From IMG/VR virus record IMGVR_UViG_3300037149_000100: 64,000 nucleotides of DNA, one strand, 5' to 3'. This document shows positions 48,321-58,509 of this stretch, piece after piece (the stretch's first letter is position 1; each line of letters starts with the position of its first letter). Source of the DNA: a virus. The notes beneath the pieces are model-generated. The model was not told the DNA's origin. It made no database searches and saw nothing but the letters and a program-made list of their open reading frames with translations. Made by a program: the position numbers and the translations under genes.

Positions 48321-48381
48321 GGAATGAGCCTTGGTGAGGTGTGGGGAGATGAGGAATCGACACCCTCTTAGATAGACCTTA

Positions 48382-48452
48382 CGGAGTGTAAGTGAGCGGT
48401 TTACGGCAGTCCTCGGACGACTGAGACGGGAGTTCGACTCTCCCCACTCCGA
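48382..48452 (+). tRNA. tRNA-Pro(CGG)
   Basis: Loop CTCGGAC; weak D arm; no CCA. Confidence 0.7.
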
Positions 48453-48475
48453 CATTTTTCGACTACGCTGACCAA

Positions 48476-48549
48476 CGGTAGGTAGCATAAGTGGTAATGC
48501 GCCCCTCTGATCAAGGGAAATGGTGTCCCGAAAGCATCCCTACCGGCCA
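48476..48549 (+). tRNA. Atypical tRNA with GAT anticodon
   Basis: Acceptor CGGTAGG/CCTACCG, loop CTGATCA, T loop CCCGAAA, GCCA. Confidence 0.55.
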
Positions 48550-48664
48550 ATTTCGAGTAATAAGCTATATGACCCTTCTGTGGAGAGCAACAATGCTTTG
48601 GGATTGACCTGACACACCTTTTGATTACGATATGCGGCGGCGTACCGTATCACAAGGAGAACCT

Positions 48665-48913
48665 ATGTCAAAACCACGCACAAGACTCTTCAATCACACC
48701 GTTCCTCTCGTAACGGTTCAAGGCACAGACGTTAGTCTGAAGCCTGATCTCCTCCTCGTAATCGAGGGTGGTCGGATCCGAACCGCTCGAAGAAACCCGG
48801 TTGCCCCAATCAACCGCATCATCAGTCTGCTAGGAGATCTTCTGGAAGAACTGAAGGATGACAGGTACGCGGAAGAAATAAGAAAGAGTGGCAAGACTCT
48901 GAAGAAAAAATAA
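48665..48913 (+). CDS. Hypothetical protein
   Basis: RBS AAGGAG. Confidence 0.55.
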   Translation: MSKPRTRLFNHTVPLVTVQGTDVSLKPDLLLVIEGGRIRTARRNPVAPINRIISLLGDLLEELKDDRYAEEIRKSGKTLKKK

Positions 48914-48975
48914 GTTCAGGGTGGAAGCGAGTAAGTGTTGGCCCGAGCAAACTTTAACCAAAGTCGGGCCTCATA

Positions 48976-49052
48976 CGGTGCGTAGCACAGTCTGGGAGCG
49001 CACATCCTTGGGGTGGATGAGGTCGGAGGTTCAAATCCTCTCGCACCGACCA
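48976..49052 (+). tRNA. tRNA-Pro(GGG)
   Basis: Loop TTGGGGT, ACCA. Confidence 0.88.
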
Positions 49053-49196
49053 ACTTCTGAACTCTAACATAGAGGTCAGGATGAGAGGTTTTCTGAAAAT
49101 ACTCAGGACTCTGAAGAAGCATGAGATGGGTAAGGAAGCAATTCGCTCCTTATCTCCGAAGCCCTGAATGAGCCCTGGCCGTTGGGTGAGAAGCTG

Positions 49197-49559
49197 ATGT
49201 GTGGACTGGACATCACGAAGAAAGAGTTCCCTTACATCAGACGGAACATCAAAGGATACCTGGATTACATTTATCCGAGTGGTAATTACCCTGAGATATT
49301 CAATCGAATCTTCAGACCATGCAGCGTATGTGGGAAAGAAGATATATGTTTCATATATCGGAACGAGTTATTCTGCTCTGAGAAGTGTGAGAATCAGGCT
49401 GAATATTTCAAAATTGCTGAAATGATTGAAACGTATGCTCCAGCGATGTCAGAGAAGCGAAAGAAGTGGGTTCAGGGCCTACTGTTTCGAAACGCGATGC
49501 TGGAGAATTGGACGGATGAACAATACAAAGAGTTCATCCAGGAATATGAACACAAATAA
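49197..49559 (+). CDS. Zn-finger hypothetical protein
   Basis: CSVCG...FCSEKC. Confidence 0.5.
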   Translation: MCGLDITKKEFPYIRRNIKGYLDYIYPSGNYPEIFNRIFRPCSVCGKEDICFIYRNELFCSEKCENQAEYFKIAEMIETYAPAMSEKRKKWVQGLLFRNAMLENWTDEQYKEFIQEYEHK

Positions 49560-49563
49560 TAAT

Positions 49564-49647
49564 TGGGATGTCGCATAACGGTATTGCAGCAGATTCTGAT
49601 TCTGCCGTCGAAAGACACTCTAGGTTCGAATCCTAGCATCCCATCCA
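49564..49647 (+). tRNA. tRNA-Gln(CTG) with extra variable arm
   Basis: TGG start, loop TTCTGAT, GTC-GAAA-GAC arm, TCCA. Confidence 0.85.
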
Positions 49648-49671
49648 ATCAGAATTGAGTATCATACATAT

Positions 49672-49760
49672 GGAAGGTCGCCGGAGTCGGAGAGCCGGAA
49701 CAGCCTGGAAAGCTGTGGGCGTTATGCGTCCAGAGGGTTCGATTCCCTTACCTTCCGCCA
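49672..49760 (+). tRNA. tRNA-Ser(GGA)
   Basis: Loop CTGGAAA, long variable arm, GCCA. Confidence 0.85.
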
Positions 49761-49775
49761 TTTTAAGGAGGCCCC

Positions 49776-50141
49776 ATGGCCACGAAGTTAAAAACAATTG
49801 ATGACTTGAAAGCCGACAGGGCAGTCGTTAAGGCAGAGCTAGACAAGATTGATGAGCAAATCACTGAGCGTCTGAAGAAGACGCTGGTTCAGTGTACTGA
49901 CAATAATCATGGCAAAGGTTGCGGCATGGGAATGGAGATCGGTCAACTCGAATACATCCAGACCCACTGGTACACCCGACCTTCGGGTTGTATGGATGGG
50001 GACTACTGGACTCCGGGGGATGGTGAGTTTATTTGTCCTCATTGCACTCATCGGAATCGGCTGTATGACCGGCCTGAAATCGAGAAGCTGAGGTGCTTAT
50101 TTAAAAGTGTGAAGGATGAGTATGACAAGCAAACGTTTTGA
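49776..50141 (+). CDS. Zn-binding phage protein
   Basis: RBS AAGGAGG; QTHWY..P.GC..GDYW...CPHC. Confidence 0.6.
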   Translation: MATKLKTIDDLKADRAVVKAELDKIDEQITERLKKTLVQCTDNNHGKGCGMGMEIGQLEYIQTHWYTRPSGCMDGDYWTPGDGEFICPHCTHRNRLYDRPEIEKLRCLFKSVKDEYDKQTF

Positions 50142-50316
50142 CTCTCAGAGAGCTTTCCGGGTCGGTTTCAAAGGGGACTACCCTATGTGGACCGTAGAGG
50201 CTGCATCAGCAGAGGATGCGATCAGACAGATTGTTAAGTCAAGTAATTCAGACGGACTAAACAATTTAAGAGAAGAAGACTTGGAAGCTAAGTAATACAC
50301 ATATAGGAGGTGTCCC

Positions 50317-50977
50317 GTGGACATCATGGTAGAAATAAGAGCCGCTGAGGGAGGGGAAGATGCTGTCCTCCTCGTGCGGGATCAACTGAAGGCATATCTT
50401 CGTCGTGTGGAGCGGAGGGGACTTTAGTGCAGAATTATTGGAAGTGACGACTGGGTTTGCATCCTTCCTCGTTAGAGGTGAGGGAGCGGAGGAGTTCTTC
50501 AACGAAACTGGGGGTCATCGGTGGCAACATGTGAGTCCCACCGATAAAAACAAACGTGTTCACACCTCCACTGTTACGGTTGCAGCTTTAGCGATGCGAG
50601 CTACCTCGACCCACATGAACCCCAACGATGTGGAAATACAAACCACCAGAGGCTCTGGCCCAGGTGGGCAGAACCGAAACAAAGTGGAGAGTTGTGTCCT
50701 GGCGATTCACAAGCCAACCGGACTTTCGGTGCGGATTGATGGTCGGTCTCAATTGAATAATAAGAGGATGGCATTGCAAATCCTAGCCACCAAGCTGGAA
50801 GACCAGCACACCGAGCAGGAACAGAAACGGGTCAGCAGGGATCGCAAGGATCAAGTCGGCACCGGCCAGCGTGGCGATAAAATCCGTACCTATAGGGTCA
50901 GAGACAACATCGTCATTGACCATCGAACTGGTCAGAAATACCAGCTTTCTCGCTGGCTAGACGGAGTGAGAGAGTAA
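50317..50977 (+). CDS. Class-I release-factor-like protein (GGQ), join 50317-50424 and 50426-50977 through a +1 frameshift
   Basis: Frame 0 encodes VEIRAAEGGEDA; GGAGG-GGA-CTT-TAG site; +1 frame encodes ETGGHR, VHTS, GPGGQ, KIRTY. Confidence 0.85.
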
Positions 50978-50984
50978 GTAGTAA

Positions 50985-51056
50985 GCGGGTGTAGTTCAGT
51001 GGTAGAACGTTAGCTTCCCAAGCTAGATGTCGTGGGTTCAAGCCCCATCACCCGCT
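50985..51056 (+). tRNA. tRNA-Gly(CCC)
   Basis: GCG start, loop TTCCCAA, U73; no encoded CCA. Confidence 0.88.
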
Positions 51057-51670
51057 CAAATATGTAATTGTTGCAGTTTCTTGATGAAGTTCAGAAGCCT
51101 CTGAAGGACTTGCTCTTTTTGCTCTGCGGTTAATTTGGATGCTTCATCATTAAGCATCTGATCGGTGATATCCGTATCCCCACCGGTTTGAGCCAAGCAA
51201 AGCCAGAAGAATGCATCCGGCGCACTCTGCACCACTCCCGTGCCGGTCGCATACATCACGCCCAGGCACCCCATTGAGTAAGCCTCTCCCTGCTCTGCTG
51301 CGGCACTGAACCATTGGACTGATTGCAGAAGGTCCACCGGCCCTCCAAGCCCTAGGAACAGCATTGCCCCCAGCTTAGCCTGGGCCTCCATCTGGCCCTT
51401 CTGAGCGGCTCTGAGGAGCCACTGACGAGCTTCCGGAAGATTCTTCTCTACCTCCGAACCCAACAACAGCATGACCCCCAACTGAGCCATACTGTCTGCA
51501 TTGCCAGTCTTGGCCTGCTTTAGAGCTTCGGCTAGCCTCGCTGCCTTGACATCCTTTTCGACTGGAATTTGCTGTAAGGTAACATACGGTTGCGGGGTAG
51601 TGGGTGTGGCAGACTGACCGGCCCATAGGGATGCGGCGATAGTAAACGAGATGAGCCATTTGAGATTCAT
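51056..51670 (-). CDS. Secreted Sel1-repeat protein
   Basis: RBS AAGGAG; signal peptide; AQLG..L.G..V.K...A.QW...AAQKG repeats. Confidence 0.85.
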   Translation of the reverse strand: MNLKWLISFTIAASLWAGQSATPTTPQPYVTLQQIPVEKDVKAARLAEALKQAKTGNADSMAQLGVMLLLGSEVEKNLPEARQWLLRAAQKGQMEAQAKLGAMLFLGLGGPVDLLQSVQWFSAAAEQGEAYSMGCLGVMYATGTGVVQSAPDAFFWLCLAQTGGDTDITDQMLNDEASKLTAEQKEQVLQRLLNFIKKLQQLHI

Positions 51671-51771
51671 GTTGGTCTCCTTGGGGAGGTTTCTCAAGTA
51701 ACCCATAGTTAGTATTTTCTCAGCACAAAGCAATCTTTGCATTTCAGAGTATTATACTCACAGGAGCTAAC

Positions 51772-52272
51772 ATGTCTAAATCGGATACAATCGAACTGCT
51801 CAAGACCGCCAAGGCGGTTCGTATTGGCTACATAGGCGCGGATAGTGCGGTCTATCTGACCCCGGAATTCGCTGCCCAATTGGCCGAAGCGTTGGAGACA
51901 CCCGAACCCATAACCACTGAAACCAAGGGAACGCAGGAATTCCTGGACTACCTAGAGGCCAAGAGTCTGGGCCGGACGGTTGGCAAACCAGTTTGTTGCC
52001 AAACCTATACCGCCCAGTCTTAAGAGGTAACAATGAGTTGGTTTAGTCATAAGGAACCGGATCAGGTTATGCTGGTTATGCACGATGGGGCACATGTTCT
52101 GGTTGCTTCAGAATGGTTTTGCGATTTACTCTACGCCTCCCCGTATGGCCCTGGAACAGATCTGGGACGATGCGAACTTCTGGTCGGTGGAGCTGTGGAT
52201 GGGGTGAGCTATGTGAAGGGATGGAAGCCAGCTTCCCCAAACACTGAAGTTTATTACTGCCGTCTTATTTAA
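51772..52272 (+). other. Two small hypothetical genes (51772-52023, 52033-52272)
   Basis: GAGTATTA motif and RBSs. Confidence 0.55.
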
Positions 52273-52276
52273 CAAT

Positions 52277-52355
52277 GGTCTCGTAGCTTAGCCTTGGACA
52301 AAGCACCCCTCTCCTAAAGGGGAGACCGTGGATTCAAATTCCACCGAGACCACCA
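52277..52355 (+). tRNA. tRNA-Arg(CCT)
   Basis: Loop CTCCTAA, ACCA. Confidence 0.85.
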
Positions 52356-52372
52356 TTTGAGGATTAGAACAC

Positions 52373-53092
52373 ATGCCCCTGATACCCGGTCTCCCTCCGT
52401 TCCAACGCCGCCCCAACTTTTCTGGTGGCCGAAGGCATGTCAGCCCTGAAGCTGCCGAACGGGCCGCAGCAAGATTGGCTCAGATGGAAGCAGAGGACAG
52501 GTGGTTGAGTCGGTGGGTTCCTCGGATCTGTTACCTCGTGGTTGGCTTGCTCATAATTGTCGTCGTCGTTGCTGAACATTACCACAACTGAGTATTAGGT
52601 TTTGAGGAGGGTGGAGGATGCTTGAATGGCTTCAGCGTATTTTCATTGGGCATGTTCATTCTTACGAAGTCTACGCTAAGCGAGAGAGGGCCTCCCACGA
52701 TGGGGATCCCTGTACGAGTGGTGGAACTGTTTTCACTATGAGATGCAAACACTGCGGCAAGATGAAGCAATTTGACGTTTTCTAAAAGGATTGGCATGGC
52801 CATTTTATTCTACTTAGGGTTTCTGTGTATCACCATCTACCTCTCTGCGATTTGGATTGAGGCCCTCAGATGGCATGGTGGAGTTTGCCGTTGCAGCACC
52901 CCCTGGTCCAGAACTGAGACCCATATGGCAGGCAGGGGCCTATCCTATTTCTGCACCAACTGCCACGCCTCCATCTTGATTTTCCACCCGGTTGATAGAA
53001 AGTTCAAGGGCAAGTATGTGGACTGGCAGAAGATCATCAGGGATGATATCGAGCGAGAGCAAGGGACAATCCCACTTCCAGTATTGAAGTAA
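52373..53092 (+). other. Small membrane-protein genes (52373-52591, 52772-53092)
   Basis: Hydrophobic segments; RBS. Confidence 0.5.
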
Positions 53093-53128
53093 ACAAAGTC
53101 CTCTCAGTGAGGCAACCTATAAAAGGAG

Positions 53129-54118
53129 ATGCTAGTGAATAGCGACAAAGACGATATCAGCGAAGTCATCGGGACGGATATGAACAAGAATATGCTCAAA
53201 AGACCCCATAGGGAAGAGGTGAATGACTCTCCTGAAGGAGAGAAGAAGGACAAGCCGGTCGATGTGTCCAGTTGGGCCAACAGCGGCGTCACCTTCTTTG
53301 GTGTGGCAAAGACCTTTGCCACCCTACCCCCCAACTGCTATGAACCCAATATGAGTCAGCAAGGCCCCTACCTGGAAGAGATTCCGCTCAAGACGGACAA
53401 CCTGCTGGTGCTGCCGGATGATGCATCGAACGAGATCATCTCGGACTTTGCTGAGTTCTGGACGCTGAAGCCGCAATTCCAGGCCCGTGGGTTCCTCCAC
53501 AAGCGGGGCATTCTGATGTGGGGGCCTCCCGGTTCCGGCAAGACCAGCACTGTCCAGCAGATCATTCAGAAGGTCATCCATGACCTGGGTGGTATCGTGC
53601 TGATGGTCCAGAATCCCAGTGTGGCCGTGGAGTGCCTGAAGATGGTTCGAAAGATCGAACCTGATCGTCCTATCATCACCGTCATGGAGGATCTGGACAG
53701 CCTGATCTCCAAGTACGATGAATCTGGGTTCCTCTCTATGCTGGACGGCGAAGCTCAGGTGGACAACATTCTCAGCCTCGCCACCACCAACTATCCGGAG
53801 CGGCTAGACCCTCGCTTCATCGACCGGCCCAGCCGCTTCGATGTGGTCCGGAAGATCGACTACCCGTCCGATGAGGCCAGGGAGTTCTACCTGCGCCACA
53901 AGGAGCCCAGCCTGACCGAAGAGGAATTGGCTGCCTGGGTCGGTATGTCAAAGGGCCTGACCATTCCCCATCTGAAGGAAATGATCATCAGTGTCAAGTG
54001 CTACAACCGTGACCTGGATGAAACGGTCAAGCGTCTGAAGAAGATGCACACGAAGAAGTTCAAGGACGGCCAGGGTCTGGGCTTTGCTAGTGCGGAAGAC
54101 AAGACAGCATCACGTTAG
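53129..54118 (+). CDS. AAA ATPase
   Basis: KRGILMWGPPGSGKT, MEDLD, ATTNYPERLD..F.DRPSRFD. Confidence 0.9.
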   Translation: MLVNSDKDDISEVIGTDMNKNMLKRPHREEVNDSPEGEKKDKPVDVSSWANSGVTFFGVAKTFATLPPNCYEPNMSQQGPYLEEIPLKTDNLLVLPDDASNEIISDFAEFWTLKPQFQARGFLHKRGILMWGPPGSGKTSTVQQIIQKVIHDLGGIVLMVQNPSVAVECLKMVRKIEPDRPIITVMEDLDSLISKYDESGFLSMLDGEAQVDNILSLATTNYPERLDPRFIDRPSRFDVVRKIDYPSDEAREFYLRHKEPSLTEEELAAWVGMSKGLTIPHLKEMIISVKCYNRDLDETVKRLKKMHTKKFKDGQGLGFASAEDKTASR

Positions 54119-54124
54119 GGTAGT

Positions 54125-54598
54125 ATGCGAGAGATCATCAAATATACACCAGAAATGGCAGCAGAAGTGCGTCAGAGTCTACAGGAGTGCATTGCCCAAT
54201 TCGTGGGCTCCAGGATAACTCCAATGACTCTGACGACTCTTGAAGCTATGATCAAACAAAATGTTGAGAGGGTGTGGGATCCAGTCAAGCACTATGGCCA
54301 GCACGTAAATCTCAAGATCGAATGTGATCCGGACGACCCATCAAAGGTGCTCATATCCCCGAAGGATATGTACACGACAGTGATTCTTACCGGACAGTTT
54401 GATCGGTCGTATGATGAGATTCTGTTCCTCACCAAAGTGGTTGAGGACTATGAACATCACACCACATACGAATATGAGAACCCTGCTGGGCGCTACCTGT
54501 TCACGGTGTACCATCTCAAGATCATGGATCGTCTGACCGGAGAGGTGTATATCCTACATGAACCTGAGTCTTGGTTCTTCCCCGTGGAGATCAAATGA
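54125..54598 (+). CDS. Hypothetical protein
   Basis: 157-aa ORF following the AAA gene. Confidence 0.55.
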   Translation: MREIIKYTPEMAAEVRQSLQECIAQFVGSRITPMTLTTLEAMIKQNVERVWDPVKHYGQHVNLKIECDPDDPSKVLISPKDMYTTVILTGQFDRSYDEILFLTKVVEDYEHHTTYEYENPAGRYLFTVYHLKIMDRLTGEVYILHEPESWFFPVEIK

Positions 54599-54659
54599 CC
54601 TTACCGTGGCGAATCCAAGCAACTCCCGAATAGGTGAGTATTATAAGGTAGGAGTTGGT

Positions 54660-54965
54660 ATGACGAAAACCATTTGTAGCAATTGTCAGACTACTGAACA
54701 AAAGTGCCGGTTGACAATGAAGGTTAGGGAAGAACTGTTGAGGTTTATGCATCAACGTAAGTTGGCTATGGACGTAGACCGCCTACTCTATGAGTATCTG
54801 GATGCATACCCATTCGGTTCTGTTGAAGGGTTCGGCCAGTTTGTCAGAGGGGAAAAATTAGTCGTTCTTCCCAGAAGGCCGGTGCCGACTCGTGTCAAAC
54901 TCACCCCAGGCCCAAGCCTAGCCGATGTGCTGGATGAATTGAGAGGAAATCATGAGCGAGAATAA
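54660..54965 (+). CDS. Hypothetical protein
   Basis: GAGTATTA motif and RBS. Confidence 0.55.
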   Translation: MTKTICSNCQTTEQKCRLTMKVREELLRFMHQRKLAMDVDRLLYEYLDAYPFGSVEGFGQFVRGEKLVVLPRRPVPTRVKLTPGPSLADVLDELRGNHERE

Positions 54966-55290
54966 GGATTACAACATCAAGATCCCCCTCACGTTGAGGA
55001 AGAGCACCAAGGGCACCTATGTGTTTGCCAATGAGGAGTTCGGTTTCAGTGGCATCTACGTACCAAAGGGGCTGTTTCCTGAAGGTGCGGTTCCAAACTC
55101 AATCACCATGACTCTCACTCCCAATGAATGAACGCTGCCCCATCTGTGGTGAACACACCGTCGAACCTCACATCAAAGCGTGGGAGGGTGGGTTTGCCGC
55201 AGAAGTGGCGTATATCTGCACTACATGTGGGATTGTCGGATGGTGGGCCTATGGTTCTTATGATCCGAATATGCCTTTTGGGAATGTCTG

Positions 55291-56190
55291 ATGAGCGAAT
55301 TTGACGATCTGCTAGACCATCTGGAAGGGGCCGATGATGAGTCCTTTGCAGAGTGCTGGTCTGTGTCGATGTCTGATGAACGGGTTGCTGAAAGCTTCGC
55401 CCAGCACACACCGGAAGAGCAGGAAGAAATTCGAACCTACATCCATCAATGGTGGGTGGATCACAATAAAGCTCAATTCGCCATCCTTATTGTGGATGAG
55501 GCTACCAGGGAAGTGATTGAGAAATACCGGTCCATGTTTGAAGACATTCCAGGGTGGTCAGAATGAACGAGTGGGATGAACTGCTGGAGCATATCGAAGA
55601 GCATAAGGATGATCCGGTCCCCGAGAGCGAACCTGAACCTGTGCCCCAGGATGATATGTATTGGGCTGAACTGAGTAAAGACCCACATGCCTATGCGATT
55701 CGCTTAATGCAGACCGCTTGGGATCTTCGATTACCTAGAGAAGTGCAGAGTAGGGCAAAGGTGCGGTTGTTCCATCTTTGTTGGGGGGAGCATGAGCGGA
55801 TGGGATGATCTGTTTGAGCATCTGGAAGAAAACCCAAGTTGCCCTGATGTGGTAGTCAGCAGGGGCGATGTCGAGAATGTGGTCGTCCAGTTGATCGTGG
55901 AGAACGAAGAGCGTCAGGACACCTACATCTCCGTGGACGATCTGGTTCATCGACGGCTGGGATTCCAGAACGTAGTGACCCAGCAGGCTACATGGTTTGG
56001 CATCTCCACAATCCGAGAGATGCGACCATGTTTCATATCAAATCTCATGTGTACCCAACGGGGCCGACAAAAGATAGCCGCATGGATCTCAGCCGGTCGG
56101 GTTCCGAATATGAATGAAGAGGACCGCAATCAAATCATTGATCGAATTGGAGAGCCGTTCAGTGCGTTGTTTGAGCCCGATCCTGAGTAA
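55291..56190 (+). other. Three tandem genes sharing an N-terminal motif (55291-55566, 55563-55808, 55792-56190)
   Basis: MSEFDDLLDHLE / MNEWDELLEHIE / MSGWDDLFEHLE. Confidence 0.6.
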
Positions 56191-56205
56191 TAATTTAACA
56201 TAGGA

Positions 56206-56680
56206 GTGTGTATGCCGCATGATGTGAATGGAGAACTAATCTCTGACAACGATATCGTCTGGGTGAAATGTAAGGTGAGTGGAGTATCAACTTCCGAAGA
56301 GGCTTGCAATGTCACAGTGCAGCCTGTCCTTCCGCCCTGTGGGTCCACCTACAACCCCATCATTGTCCTCAACACCCAGCAGGTAATGAAAAATCCTGGC
56401 TGGATTGATCCATGGGATGAAGAGCACTAAGATGGAAGTTTGGGAATGCCCCGCTGTGATTGCAGCGGGTAAGATAGCGGCGGAGCATTTGAAGTTTCAC
56501 AGAAAGATGATGAGCGGTGGTATGGCAAAATACAAGGTCGAATGCTTCAGCAGAGGAGCCTGCATTTTTACCGAGACCGTAGAAGCGACCGACGAACATG
56601 AAGCCAAGCACATGGTGAACAAGATGGCCCTGGACCAGGGGCTCTTCCCAGTGCATTTTGAAGCGGTAGAGGAAAAATGA
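56206..56680 (+). other. Two small hypothetical genes
   Basis: GAGTAATA motif and RBS; co-oriented ORFs. Confidence 0.5.
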
Positions 56681-57456
56681 CCAGTATCATCAATGAGGAT
56701 GCACTCACCTATCTGCCCTCTATGCCTGCTCAGAGTGTAGATGTGGTTATCACCTCCCCCCGTTATAATTTTGGGAAGAATTACCCTGGAGTTTCAGATA
56801 AAACTTCAATGGATGACTATTTTCAAGAGATGAGAGAATTGGGTAAAGGGCTTTTGCATGTAATCAAAGAGGAGGGGGTGGTTTTTCTTAATGTAGGTTG
56901 TAGAGCGGCTAATCCATTACATGATGTGAATGTAGCTCAGTGTTTCTTGGATGTTGGGTGGGTTCTTCAAGAACGTATCATATGGCAGAAAGCTGATGAA
57001 GAGGGGAATGGCCACTTTACTCCTATAAACTCTAATGTTTATCTTAATAATTTGTGGGAGAGTATCTTCCTCTTCTCTAAGAAGGGAAGAGTGGGGCTTG
57101 ACAGACTGGCTATAGGAGTGCCCTATAAGGATCAAACCAACATAACTCGATGGAAAAGTGGGAAAACAGTCCATTGTCGTGGGGATATCTGGAAGATCCA
57201 TTATGAGACGATCCAAAGCAGAGATAAGGATAGAGCGGGGCATGAGGCGACTTTCCCTAGGGAATTAGTTATTCGTTGCCTTCGTCTAATGGAGAAAGGC
57301 AGGACAGGTCTTACAATTCTGGATCCTTGTTGTGGGATTGGAACAGTCCCTTGTGTTGCTGAAGAACAAGGGCACATCGGAATTGGCATAGAACTAAGCC
57401 CGTGTATTGCACTAGCCGCTAGGACTAACTTACAGATTAGCCAATCATGCCCATAA
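56677..57456 (+). CDS. DNA methyltransferase (beta class, SPRY variant)
   Basis: VITSPRYN, HEATFP, DPCCGIGT. Confidence 0.8.
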   Translation: MTSIINEDALTYLPSMPAQSVDVVITSPRYNFGKNYPGVSDKTSMDDYFQEMRELGKGLLHVIKEEGVVFLNVGCRAANPLHDVNVAQCFLDVGWVLQERIIWQKADEEGNGHFTPINSNVYLNNLWESIFLFSKKGRVGLDRLAIGVPYKDQTNITRWKSGKTVHCRGDIWKIHYETIQSRDKDRAGHEATFPRELVIRCLRLMEKGRTGLTILDPCCGIGTVPCVAEEQGHIGIGIELSPCIALAARTNLQISQSCP

Positions 57457-57644
57457 TTTACGACCCTAATCCAAGTTACCACTACCCTTTCTACTGTTAC
57501 ATCCACATGCTTCCGGATTGGACACCTTTCTATAAGAAGATGTCAAAATCCCGTAAGGGAGTCCCCAAATCAGAAGAGACTCGAAAAAAGATGTCTGAAG
57601 CCCGTAAACGAAGAGTATTAAATAACAAAGGAGAAACAAGATGA
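57447..57644 (+). CDS. NUMOD3-motif remnant
   Basis: KMSKSRKG..KSEETRKKMSEARK. Confidence 0.5.
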   Translation: MPIIYDPNPSYHYPFYCYIHMLPDWTPFYKKMSKSRKGVPKSEETRKKMSEARKRRVLNNKGETR

Positions 57645-57856
57645 GCAAGAACGTTATCTGGCCAATCGGCCTCAAGAAGCCCTCGAAGGGGGCGCACTCA
57701 GAGCGCCAGACATCCCATCGTGAAGGCTGGTTCCAACTGATGGTGCAGACCGCCAATGGTTGGGTCGGTGGGCCGAAGTTCCAAACCCCATGGGTGCCTA
57801 CCTGCATCCCCGCTGACAAGGTGTTCAACCAAGCGGAAATGATGAAGCGTAGTTAA
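57641..57856 (+). CDS. Hypothetical protein
   Basis: GAGTATTA motif and RBS AAGGAG. Confidence 0.55.
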   Translation: MSKNVIWPIGLKKPSKGAHSERQTSHREGWFQLMVQTANGWVGGPKFQTPWVPTCIPADKVFNQAEMMKRS

Positions 57857-57906
57857 AATTGTATTTCTAAGGGGAATTCCCTTATTTGCTTAAAGGAGCA
57901 AAACAA

Positions 57907-58491
57907 ATGAACAAACTTCTCAAGAATGCCCTGGTCGCTGCTTCAATCCTACTGCTAGGGACTGGTGCGGCTCAGGCTCAGACGACTCAATTCGGAGTCC
58001 AGGGAACCATCTCCTTCCCTCAGTCTGATCTTGGCACTCTGGTCAATAACAATGCAGGGGCCGGGGTGGGAATCAATGCTCGTGTGGATCTGGGCAAGGG
58101 GAACTCCATCGTTCCTCGCTTGGACTACACCAGATATTCGAACACCACGGATGGTGTTGATGTCACTGCGGATGTGACCTATGTGGGAGTGGACTACAAC
58201 TATTATTTCTCCCAGAAGTGTGGAGTAGGCCCTTACGTGGGACTCGGTGCGGGTTTCGCTAGCGTTCACATTGACGCCTCTGACGCCTGGGACTCCTTGT
58301 CGGTCAATGGGTCAGCCCCCTACTATGACTTCAATGCTGGCTATGCGTTCACCCGGCACTCCTCTGTTGAAGTTCGATTGATCAAGGCTACGATTAGCAA
58401 CTTCACTGGGAACTTTGATGGCTACAGTGCCTATTCGACTGAGAACTTCTCTGGTCAGACTCTGGATGTGTCCTATATCTACCGTTTCTAA
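57907..58491 (+). CDS. Outer-membrane beta-barrel protein
   Basis: Signal peptide AQA, DYNYYF, PYVGLGAG, C-terminal YRF. Confidence 0.8.
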   Translation: MNKLLKNALVAASILLLGTGAAQAQTTQFGVQGTISFPQSDLGTLVNNNAGAGVGINARVDLGKGNSIVPRLDYTRYSNTTDGVDVTADVTYVGVDYNYYFSQKCGVGPYVGLGAGFASVHIDASDAWDSLSVNGSAPYYDFNAGYAFTRHSSVEVRLIKATISNFTGNFDGYSAYSTENFSGQTLDVSYIYRF

Positions 58492-58509
58492 GCCTTAGCT
58501 CAGGCTCTG

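Noticed and set aside
50405-50425. GTG 50405 as the start of the release-factor gene
   Set aside because: No RBS, and it would omit the conserved EIRAAEGG segment encoded in the upstream frame
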